Made by a program: the position numbers and the translations under genes. Below, one piece after another: positions 43,212-52,520 of a stretch of DNA of 64,000 bases. Within the stretch, counting starts at the first letter, position 1, and every line of letters starts with the position of its first letter. Under the pieces are notes generated by a model. The model was not told the origin of the DNA. It saw only the letters and a program-made list of their open reading frames with translations, and made no database searches. This stretch comes from Diplonema japonicum (lineage: Eukaryota; Protista; Euglenozoa: Diplonemea). The stretch is taken from NCBI GenBank assembly GCA_964019335.1, contig OZ025701.1:186001-250000 (forward strand). Direction: 5' to 3'.

Positions 43212-46200
43212 TCATTCCGTTTCACATAGCTCAAGCAAAAGTGAGAGCATCTCCTGTTTTTGAGTTTCTTTTCAAAAAAAAAAGATTTTTTTTCCCATAC
43301 CCCTTTCAACCCTTCGGGTTTATTATCCTGCAAATCTGCCAAAACAGCACTTTTCCCGCCTCTGAAAGCACTGCTTTGCAGCTGTGGGTGGACTATCACC
43401 GTTCGGTAGACGTTGTAGAAGTGCGTTTGCTTGAGGAGAGATATTTGTTGGGGCTCGGGCTGTTTTTTTTTTTTTTTTTTTTTTTTTTTGTTTCCCCTCT
43501 CCATTCACATACCAGATCAAGGATATCAAGGTATTCTATACCATCCCACCAGGCCACAGGAGTCTCAAGGGCCTTCAACCAAACTTCCCTTTGAACAGAT
43601 AGATCGTGATACTGTGCTCCATGGCGCTGCTGAGCACAAATAACCGCCAAAGGGAAAGCCCAGGCAAGCCTATGATGCATGGACTCATGCATGGCATCAT
43701 CAAGACTTGCTTCTCCCCATGTCACGGAAGAGCATGGCCCTGTGAGGAGGGAGTTCAAAAGCGTCTCGGGATTGAGAGGCTTAGCAGCAGCTGAGTTGAT
43801 GATCTCCTTCTGAACTTGAAGGAGCAGGAGCCGTGTGTCTATCTCGGTCGATGATACGGTGGACAGCGTTGCTGCGAATTTTGCGATTTTAAGCTTGTGC
43901 GAGCTGTTCCTCACAGTTCCAGAACCGTTGGCCGCAATGGATTTTTCAACAGACCCCGCTACCCTTCTCAAGGCATCGATGTTGTGTTGCTCTTCCTTTT
44001 CCGTGTGTAGGTTCGGCCCCATCATTGCGTACTTCACAAGGCATCCTTCCGGTACCACCTCGTCCACGATCCCAACGTATCTCTTGCTCTGTTCTTCGTC
44101 GAGCATGAGAAAGCTCTGCACATTCAGCAACGCTGAGGAATACCCCCCATCGGACCTCCCGAAGTGGTTCACTATCGATCTATACAAAGCTGTTTCGTCT
44201 TCTTTATGCAGTTTCTGCAAACCCTCCCTCCTGAGATCCTTCTTCAACATGAAGTTCAGGTCCACCAACAAGTCGAAGTCTCTGACGGACGCGCCGATGT
44301 CAGTCGCCAGGGAGTACCCGTAGGTCTTGTGGCAGCTCGACTCCGGGTCGGCATCGGTAGGGGAGATGAAGAGGCTCTTGATCCATTCTGCAGGTGTTGT
44401 GTCCCTTAGGATGCTGGCGTTCCTTTCCTCGACGATGATGAACTGGCACACAAACCTCATGCTGTCGAGGAGCACATTTCGAACAGATTCATCCTGAGCA
44501 AGGGCCCCAGTGTGGAAGATCGACACGAGTTCCCTTAAAGCCTGGAGGAGAGGGAAGGCCTGTGTCCAAGTTGCAGTGTCCACCTTCGACTCCACGACGG
44601 ACCGCACGACTGTGACAAGGATCTCGGCAACAAGAGTGAGGTACTGCGGGTCGTTGCGGGACAGGCCTGGTACGGTGCTTGCCGCGCCCGATTCGGCTTT
44701 TGTCCAGTCGGCAAGGAAGCCGATTATATGGTGGAGTTTAGTAGCTTCGCTGTAAACGGTCTGCAGGGGGGTCAGCCTCAGTTCGTAGTGCCGGCTTGAG
44801 GGGCCGTCGGAGATCTGCTTTGCAAACTGCGTCAGAATCCCAACCAATTCCTGCCCCTGCCACCTCCCCCCGGACCCGTACAGCCTCGTTTGCAATTCCC
44901 GCAGGCCAACCGCAACTGCGAGCTTTTCGCTGTTGTCGCATATCGGGGAAAGCTTCTCGGGTTCCAACCCGGCACGCTTCGCAGCCTCGACCACTGCTCG
45001 ATGTTTGCTGTACTTCTCCCTCACACGTCGTAGGATGATGTGGCTTGTCCGGTCTCCTGTGTCAGTGAGGGCACCCCACTGCCCAGGGTCGGTGACAGGC
45101 TCGTCGGTTATTTCGATACTTTTCGCAAAGAGAGACTTGCTGTTCTCCAAGTCGAGGGTGGGAAGCATATCGGCATCGCCACCAGCATGGTGCGATGTAA
45201 GGAGTCGCTTCACAGCGGCGTGGGAGGACGACGGGAGGGGCTCTGTGGTCCACCCCTCGGCGGTGATGAAGGTGAGCTTTTCAGGAGGCGGCGCGCAGAC
45301 TAGCGTACTGGCCATGACTTTTGAAGGTAAGATCCTTGTGGATGACCGAGTCTCACCGTTTCCAAACATCATGCGGACCACCTGCGTCCGGTCGGCGGAC
45401 CTTGACAGCAACACCAGAATAGGGTCCTCTTCGTCTTCAGAACCTTCACTGTCTGTCACGAACACGCTAAGGGAGCCTTGGTAATAGCCGAGCGAGACAG
45501 GGGTTTTGAAAATCGGCATTCCGTCATCATCGTCACCAAACCCAAGAATGCGTGAAAGCGAAAGCTGTTTAGATCCTGTCACAGTTTCGACAGAGCTGAC
45601 TAGTATGTTTAACACGGGGCTGCCGCTTCTGTTGTATGAAAGAGAAGCGGCTGTGATCTCGCATTGAGAAGATGATCTATCATATATCTCAGACAGGTCG
45701 CGGAGAATAACTCTCGACTCGTCCGCGTCGCCGCTTGGGTCCGTCTGTACAATCCGGCCGTTGGATAGTACAATGAACAGGTAATTACGGCGGGGTCCCG
45801 GGGCGTATAGAATCGAAACAATATTGTCGCCTTGCTGTTGCTGTCCTTGTGTCGCGTCCGATGCGAAAAACCGCCCCATGTTTATAGGATAGCTCACCAT
45901 GTTTATAACTGCTTGAAGCATCCCGCCTTCCCTCCAAGTTGTCGCGGTTTGTGTAGCCTTCGTCCATTCTGCTTTGAAAGGATCAGCTCGAAGGGTCCAC
46001 ACAATTCCTGATTTTAACCCAACAGCGATACCTTTGCCTTCAACAGGGCAGGTTGCTTGGATATCGTTGAATTCGGAAGGGTGTGCTGATATGGCGCCGG
46101 TCTCGAGTTGAATAAAAAAGATTTTTGATGATTTGAAACATGTTAAGATGCAGGATAACGGTGTTTCCCTGCTGAATTCCCACGGGAGGGCTACTTCACA

Positions 46201-46482
46201 ACTCTCTGGTTCCACATTGAAACCTTCCAGAGAGACAACGTGGCGCAGGGCGGGTCTTTCCCTTATTTCCCAGATGACTAAGGTGTTGGTGGTCACTCCC
46301 CAACCGTAGTTGTGGTAGCACCCACCCCGTTTCATGCTGGATAATGCGGCTTTTAAGGTGCTTTCTACGGGGTCTAGTCTTGATTGGTCTGAGTGGGAGG
46401 TGAGCCCCCTCCGTCTGTCGGTTTTTGGTGTTAATTGGTTCGCATTGTGTTTTCGGTATTTTGATGGGGCTGAGAGTGACAT
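43212..46482 (-). CDS. NUP133: Nucleoporin Nup133-like (about 1056 aa; introns 43460-43512 and 43254-43300)
   Basis: Propeller-like N-terminus (YGWGVTTNTLVIW) and a helical half with Nup133-like motifs ITDEPVTDPGQW...SHIILRRVREK, EKLAVAVGLR and RDFDLLVDL. Two phase-0 introns give the C-terminus ...LDILDL/PEPQQ...GLKG/EMLSLLLELCETE*. Confidence 0.78.
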
Positions 46483-46609
46483 GATTTTTTTTTTTTTTTT
46501 TCCTTTTTTTCCCGCGCCCCCTCCCCCTCCTGGTTTTTGTAGTTTTTTTGTTTTGTTTTTTTTGTAGTGGATTTCAGAGAGAGAGAAAAAAAAAAAAAAA
46601 GGGTCGTGC

Positions 46610-46646
<37 letters not shown>

Positions 46647-46877
46647 TTTAATTTTGTAAAGTTTCATGAGGAAATTCCTAAAGGGCCATAAAAATCAGAA
46701 ATCACTTTACCGTTCACGAGTAAAAATAAAGTGAAGAATAAAAATCAGGTAATAGGCCGAATTTGGCTTAAAAAAGTGCCGTAAAAATCAGGTAAAATCT
46801 GATTTTTACTCTGAGCAATTTTCGGGCTTTTTCGGCATTCGTCTTCATTTTTTGCATCTGGTGGCCGCTGACACCGC

Positions 46878-47153
46878 TTTGGGCTAGCCTTCGGGCTAGT
46901 GGTAGTCTGGCCGGCTACCAATCCCCAAGGCCCGGGATCGATTCCCTCCTCTCGGTATCTTTCGGGGAGTCGACCCGTGATCTCTTCCTCTCACATCATC
47001 TCCAACGCCAACATTCGGCTTCGGCCAACAAATCCTTCCACGGTGGAATAACGCAGAAGGCGGCTCGATCCGTAGTGACCACTGGCCTTTAGGCAACCAG
47101 TTAAAAACAGAACCGTCCCCCGTAGGGATGGGCAGCGATACAAGTGCACTTAT

Positions 47154-47185
<32 letters not shown>
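46878..47185 (+). mobile_element. tRNA-derived SINE (about 308 bp) with A29 tail and 11-bp target-site duplication
   Basis: gctgacaccgc at 46867-46877 and 47186-47196 flanks the insert. A-box-like cgggctagtgg (46892-46902), B-box-like ggatcgattcc (46935-46945), A-run 47157-47185. Confidence 0.8.
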
Positions 47186-47188
<3 letters not shown>

Positions 47189-47261
47189 GACACCGCCGTA
47201 GGTCAGTGGTCAGGACCCTCGGCCAGGGTTTCAGGGGTCGAGGGTTCAATCCCCATTTTTT
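47186..47261 (+). ncRNA. tRNA-like Pol III promoter element (A box, B box, T6), not a complete tRNA
   Basis: taggtcagtgg (47199-47209), gggttcaatccc (47242-47253), T-run 47256-47261. No acceptor-stem pairing. Confidence 0.5.
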
Positions 47262-47268
47262 ATATGGA

Positions 47269-47419
47269 CCGGCACGTACAAACAACGGCCAGTTCCTCTT
47301 TTGCAAGAACGAGTCTTTGACTTGTCTAAACAAAAGGGGAACGTTGGCAACGTGTTTCGGGTTGACAAACTTCTCCAGGTTTTACCCGGCACGTACAAAC
47401 AACGGCCAGTTCCTCTTTT
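47269..47419 (+). repeat. 34-bp perfect direct repeat, 2 copies
   Basis: ccggcacgtacaaacaacggccagttcctctttt at 47269-47302 and 47386-47419. Confidence 0.9.
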
Positions 47420-47422
47420 TTT

Positions 47423-47761
47423 TCAGAGGTCGTCGGGTTTCTCGCGTTCCAGTTTTTCTTTGAGGTTTTTTATCCGTTCTCTGTTTCTTTCCGTAATTCG
47501 TTTGTAAGCAACCTCCCTCTCTTGTTCTGTCATCGCCTCCCAGTTGGTCACCCTGCGGGTGCTTCCGTCCTTATTTATCACCAACGGTCCGATGTGGTCT
47601 AGCTTCACCCGCTCGCCCAGCTTCAGTGGAGTCCCCTTCCCTTCCCCTCCACCGACTTCAGGTAGCTCCAGGGTTTCGTCTACCCCCGCTCCCTTTGCTT
47701 CTACACACCACACCAGCGTCACAGCGAGGGATAACAGAACCACAATTTGCACTGTTTTCAT
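47423..47761 (-). CDS. Small uncharacterised protein (112 aa) with N-terminal signal/anchor
   Basis: Hydrophobic N-terminus. The core KLDHIGPLVINKDGSTRRVTNWEAMTEQER...RNRER resembles an uncharacterised family I recall from fungi and protists (not verified). Confidence 0.75.
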   Translation of the reverse strand: MKTVQIVVLLSLAVTLVWCVEAKGAGVDETLELPEVGGGEGKGTPLKLGERVKLDHIGPLVINKDGSTRRVTNWEAMTEQEREVAYKRITERNRERIKNLKEKLEREKPDDL

Positions 47762-47807
47762 CTTGCCCCCCCTTTCTTCCTAATTAGTGTGTTATGTTAA
47801 AAACGCT

Positions 47808-47842
<35 letters not shown>

Positions 47843-47939
47843 GAAAAATGTTTTAGGAGGGGGGAGGGAGGGAGGAAAAATAAAATAAAAATATGGGTGT
47901 AAATGTAGATTATCATTTTCTTTTTTTTAAATTACTTCA

Positions 47940-48767
47940 TCATCTATTTTGCAGCTCGGACGCAACATTAGCAGCCCAGTCGCCGAGGAGCCCTTGCAGG
48001 TTTCGCAGGTCAGCTGTTGGCAGCTGCGACACGTCTTTTTCGAGAAATGGGGATATTTTCGCGGCAAACTTCCGTCTGGCAGTGTCAGCCTGGTGTGCGG
48101 AGAGGAGAGAAGCATATGCTGCCTGTCGCTGAGATTCTACAGAAGCTGGGGAAGGGGTGGGGCTGGTGGCATGGTTGGAGTCCATGTTTCTCATTTCTTC
48201 AGCCCATTCAGCTTGTGTCTCGAGCTCTAACTGTCGGCGGCGGCGTTCCGCTTCCTCGATGTCCTTTTCTTTTTGTATCTCCTCCATTTCTTTTCGTCTT
48301 GCCGCGTTGTGCTCACATAATTCGTCTTCCTGTGCTTTTCTCTTCTCTGTTGCTTTAACAAGCGTTTTCAAATCGCCCTTCGACGCCCTTCTGGCGCGTG
48401 ATTCGTTGTCTTTATTCAGCATCTCGTCGAAAAGGGTTTTCTCCCTGCCGACGAAGAGGTAGGCTGAAATGGGTTCTCTTTTTTTCAGTTTTTCAACGTC
48501 CTTCTTTGTCCGAGCTTCCATGTCGGCTTTGTCTGAGCCTCCAAGTGATTCTTGTGGTTTTCTTGGCGTTCGGAAGGTGTCGTCGTAAGCCTCCCTTTTG
48601 GCCTCGTCTCGTAGCGTTTCGTATGCCTCGGATACCTGTTTGAACAGAGCTTCGCCTTCTGTATTCTTATCTGGGTGGTATGTCTTGGCAAGCCTTTTGT
48701 ACGCGGTCTTGACCTCTGCGAGAGACGCATCCTTCGTCACTCCAAGGATCGTGTAATAGTCTGGCAT
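47940..48767 (-). CDS. J-domain (DnaJ class C) protein with coiled coil (275 aa)
   Basis: DYYTILGV...[14 protein letters not shown]...[11 protein letters not shown]. Confidence 0.93.
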   Translation of the reverse strand: MPDYYTILGVTKDASLAEVKTAYKRLAKTYHPDKNTEGEALFKQVSEAYETLRDEAKREAYDDTFRTPRKPQESLGGSDKADMEARTKKDVEKLKKREPISAYLFVGREKTLFDEMLNKDNESRARRASKGDLKTLVKATEKRKAQEDELCEHNAARRKEMEEIQKEKDIEEAERRRRQLELETQAEWAEEMRNMDSNHATSPTPSPASVESQRQAAYASLLSAHQADTARRKFAAKISPFLEKDVSQLPTADLRNLQGLLGDWAANVASELQNR

Positions 48768-49318
48768 TTTCTCTGTATTTTTTTTTTTTTTTTTTCCCCC
48801 AGGAATTTTAGAAAAAAAAGAAAATTCAGAAAAAGCAGTGTAAAAAAGAAAAAAGGGGGGAGAAGATGAAACAAAATAAAATTCACTATGATAGGAACGA
48901 AGTGGTTAGCAACGGCCCGCATAAAAAAAGGTGCGACCTAACACGCTGCACAATGGTTGAAAAGAAAGAAAGGAGGTGGGAGGAGGGAGTATAATTGAAC
49001 TGAAAAGCTATGTAAAGGGTAACCAAATAAAAAAATGAGGCTTTGGTTGCAGCACTATTTAGCGTTAAGTGTGCAGCGTTTAAAAAAAAGAAGGGGGAAA
49101 AATCCCCCTTCGGCGTTTCATTTTTCAATTCCCCCCCCCCCCCCCCCCGTGCACAGAAAGGAAAGGAAAGAAGGAAGCAAGAGTTTTCTTTTTTGAGTAT
49201 CGACAGGTGATCGATAACAAAAAAAGAAAAGGAGAGACAACGGAAAAAAGGACGCGAAATATAATTTTTTTTTTTCACCCCCTTTTTTTTTTTGAAAAGA
49301 TAGCTTTTTTTTTTTTTT

Positions 49319-50020
49319 CTACCATGCCCCAGACCACTTAAGCACGTACGCAATAACAGAAAACGAAACTGCGTACTGAAAAGCTCTGAATATTTTCATG
49401 AACCGGACAACCCTCTTGAAAATAACCCCCTCGTTGGAGTGGGGGAAGGGTATCGAGGGAACAGGCTTATCGAGAAAGGCACAGAGAGGCCCCCATCCGT
49501 CCGTCGCTTTGAACACAAGGAGCCGCTCTGCGGGGATGGTCCGTTTCACCTCAGCAATATTTCCGTTGAAAAGCTGTAAGGTGCGTTCCTTATCACTGAA
49601 CCGCCCTCCAAACACCCCATCCCACACAATGCCTACTACCATGGTGTACATCCTCAAATAGCGAGAGTACCACGGGGCCAGACTGTTCATTGCATACAGA
49701 GTTTCGTTAACACTTTGGTACCATTTCTCCGGATCCCTGACAGTAAGAACCACCTTGGCCTCTGGGTAGTACTCTGCCAGTTCTTTGTAAAATGCTGCGG
49801 ATGGCCAGTCGACTGCTGCACCGTAGTCTCCTAGGAGTGCGTCCCAGTCCACCTTGTTGCCCGCTTTCACTGCCTTATGTGCTGCGATCCACCCCTCGAC
49901 CGAATTTTGCTTCACAACACTCATGTGATGGCACTTCCCGCATCCAAGGTGCTCCAGCGCGTCTTTCAAAGAGGTGGTCCCTGTGCGGCCGAAGCCGGCT
50001 CCGATGACTTCGAGCCCCAT
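49319..50020 (-). CDS. P-loop sulfotransferase-family protein (Sulfotransfer_4 type), 233 aa, C-terminal hydrophobic tail
   Basis: LEVIGAGFGRTGTTSLKDALEHLG..CHHM, AAVDWP, YPEAKVVLTVRDPEKWYQS, DGWGPLCAFL..PVP..PFPHSN. Confidence 0.9.
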   Translation of the reverse strand: MGLEVIGAGFGRTGTTSLKDALEHLGCGKCHHMSVVKQNSVEGWIAAHKAVKAGNKVDWDALLGDYGAAVDWPSAAFYKELAEYYPEAKVVLTVRDPEKWYQSVNETLYAMNSLAPWYSRYLRMYTMVVGIVWDGVFGGRFSDKERTLQLFNGNIAEVKRTIPAERLLVFKATDGWGPLCAFLDKPVPSIPFPHSNEGVIFKRVVRFMKIFRAFQYAVSFSVIAYVLKWSGAW

Positions 50021-50282
50021 TTCTTTTTTTTTTTTTTGTTGAAAACCTTTTTTAAAAAAAGATTTTCTTTTTTTTTTTATAATATTGTAGGGGAGTTAGG
50101 GGGGGAAGAAACAGAACTCTGATTAGGAAAAAAAACCCCCCCCCGCGCTCTCGTCAAAAAAAAGGGAAAGGTGATTTTTTTTTTCTTCTTTTTTTTTTCC
50201 TCCATGATATGACTGGAAAAAAAAAGACGCGGGGAAGAACAATGGAAAAAAAAAAAAAAAAAAAAAAAAAAAAACATCAAAG

Positions 50283-51542
50283 TCACTTCTTCCTCAGCAA
50301 AGCACCGCATTCAAGGTGGCCCGTATAAGGGAAGTGGTCGAACACAGCCATCCGAGAAACATAGTGCGTTGCGGACAAGGCTTCGAGGTCTCTGCGCAAC
50401 GCGACAGGGTTGCAGCTGATGTACGCGATGGAAGGGTACCGGGACACAAGGGAACAGGTGACCTCATCGAGCCCCGCCCTTGGAGGGTCGACGATGACCG
50501 CACCGAATGTGAATTCTGCGGTGTGTGAATCGGTCTCAGTCTCGTTGAGAAGCTTATCTTGCTCCTTCATGAAGGGAAGATGCTCCGGGTCCGACGAATC
50601 AGCTTGGTATTTATTGACATCCAATTTCCAAGTAGAATGCCGAAGCATGGAACTACAGAATTTTTCACTCGGAGCGCGCATAACCCACGCATTGGTAGCG
50701 CTGTTCAGCCTGAGGTTGCAATGAGCAGCCTCCACCAATTTCCTATTAATCTCCACCCCAAGAACCCTTCTGAAGTATTTCGCCATTGCAACAGTATGGC
50801 TCCCAACACCACAGTACAGCTCTAACAAATCGGTATTCTCTGCTTTTATATCAACACAGCACATCTGAAGCCACGTCAACGTGTGCATCGCCATGTACCC
50901 ATTCGGGTTGCTGAAATTTCCGGCGATTTGCTTATAGTACAGAGGTTCCCCCGAAGGGCCTTTTAATTCTTCATTGACATGTTGGCGGCCTCCGATGAGG
51001 CGCAAGACGCCCTTTGTCTGTGCGATGAGATCGATACCCAGATCTGAACGCATTTTGTTTGCGTTGCGTTGCCACACTTCACTAAGGCGCCGTTTTTCGT
51101 ATATCATTGTGAGGAGGAGATCGCCCGACATGGTGGAGAGGTACTGCAGGCCTCGTAGGTTGTACCGCAAAGGTCTGTTGTTGCTGATGTAAGCTAAGAC
51201 ATCGGGCATTTTCTCTTGTATGGTGTGAGATGCGATTCTGTATTCGTCGACAGGGTGCCGTTTTCCTTCATGCCAGCCTGCGTACTTGATAGGCTCTGTT
51301 CCCTCGGGGACATCTTCTTCGTTTTCTGAGTCACCGTCTTCCCCCACGTTTCCGTATATTAGAAACTTGACGCGGAGCCTGAACGCCTCTCTCGGCGAGG
51401 GGTACACGTCCAGCGGTTTTCCGCCTCCCAAAAACTCGGAGAAGTTATCCCGTACCCCGCGGACGTGCTCCTCCAGAAGCTTCTCGTACTCATCCGGACG
51501 GAACGAACACCATGACGGCTCGTCGGGCGCGGGGCCGGACAT
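50283..51542 (-). CDS. trmA: tRNA (uracil-5-)-methyltransferase, TrmA-like (419 aa)
   Basis: DLLELYCGVG, VDPPRAGLD, YISCNP (catalytic Cys), DHFPYTGHLECGALL. Confidence 0.88.
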   Translation of the reverse strand: MSGPAPDEPSWCSFRPDEYEKLLEEHVRGVRDNFSEFLGGGKPLDVYPSPREAFRLRVKFLIYGNVGEDGDSENEEDVPEGTEPIKYAGWHEGKRHPVDEYRIASHTIQEKMPDVLAYISNNRPLRYNLRGLQYLSTMSGDLLLTMIYEKRRLSEVWQRNANKMRSDLGIDLIAQTKGVLRLIGGRQHVNEELKGPSGEPLYYKQIAGNFSNPNGYMAMHTLTWLQMCCVDIKAENTDLLELYCGVGSHTVAMAKYFRRVLGVEINRKLVEAAHCNLRLNSATNAWVMRAPSEKFCSSMLRHSTWKLDVNKYQADSSDPEHLPFMKEQDKLLNETETDSHTAEFTFGAVIVDPPRAGLDEVTCSLVSRYPSIAYISCNPVALRRDLEALSATHYVSRMAVFDHFPYTGHLECGALLRKK

Positions 51543-51700
51543 TTTTTTTTTTCTTTTCCCCTTCTCCCACTTTTTTTTGTTTCTAACGACGACCGTAAAG
51601 AGAAAAAAAAAGAGGACGTTTCATGGTATAGTACAAGAAAAAAAAAATAAAAGAGCGAATGTTTTTTTTTTTTTTTTTTTGTTTTAAAATATATTTTGTC

Positions 51701-52506
51701 TATTTATTTATCTTGCCCCCCTCCCTAGTGTTTTTGGCTGGGGACCCCATAAATAAAGTAGACTTTATTTATTTTCCCTTGTTTTGGCTAGAACCATCAA
51801 AAAAAGTAACTTTATTTGTTTCCTCATGTTTCTTGCAGGTTTGTGATCAGTGGTGGCTAAACTAAGAGGGCATGTAAAGAACGAGCGTTTCTTCGTCCAA
51901 ATAAGAGATGACAAGCCAACTGAAGCAGTGCTGGGGAAGACCGCTTCTATGAGTTAGGCAAGATTGTTGCATGTGAGTTGATGCTCCCCAAAGTTGACTC
52001 GCTCTTGTGCTACGCAAGCCGCTGCCAGCGGGGCCACATCATCCCAACTGGCCACTCATCTAGGATGGCAAAGCGAGGCAATGGCCAGGACGTACGTGGA
52101 CCAAAACCCACTTTCTCAAGGCACAATGTGCGACAAGACCCATCCACCAAGCCAGCCACCTTCACCCAGGCCGCCCCAAGCACGCATGATATCAGAATCC
52201 ATGTGATCATCAAGCAGAAGAAGTAGTTTGACTACTAGTTCTCCCCTTTTTTCTTTTCTTTTCTGCCATTATTTATTTTTTAGCATGCCAATATATAAAA
52301 CGTCCCCAGCCAAAAAAAAACACTAGGTCGGAGGGCGAAAACGATAAATAAAATCCACAGATTCTGCTATTAAAGTGGACTTTATTTTTCCCTTGGCCTC
52401 CATTTTCTTCCCTTGGGGTCATGATTTTCCCTCGCTACGCTCGGGGAAAATCAAACCCCCGCGGGAAATAAAGTCCACTTTATTTTACCAAAATCAATAG
52501 TTATTT
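51701..52506 (+). mobile_element. Internally deleted tyrosine-recombinase DNA transposon (Crypton-like)
   Basis: cctagtgtttttggctggggac (51724-51745) is inverted at 52302-52327. 3' palindrome taaagtggactttattt...tgattttccctcgctacgctcggggaaaatca...aaataaagtccacttta (52371-52482). TATTT at both ends. A recombinase relic lies inside. Confidence 0.78.
51850..52137 (+). pseudogene. Frameshifted C-terminal fragment of a tyrosine recombinase
   Basis: Across three frames: ERFFVQIRDDKPTEAVLGK / RFYELGKIVACELMLPKVD / RSCATQAAASGATSSQLATHLGWQSEAMARTYVD. This matches the (HxxR)...HxGW...Y catalytic half; the Tyr codon is at 52093-52095. Confidence 0.8.
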
Positions 52507-52520
52507 TTTTCCCCCCCTAC

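Noticed and set aside
46878-47261. Two bona fide tRNA genes
   Set aside because: Only A/B boxes are recognisable; I cannot form acceptor or anticodon stems, and one unit has SINE hallmarks.
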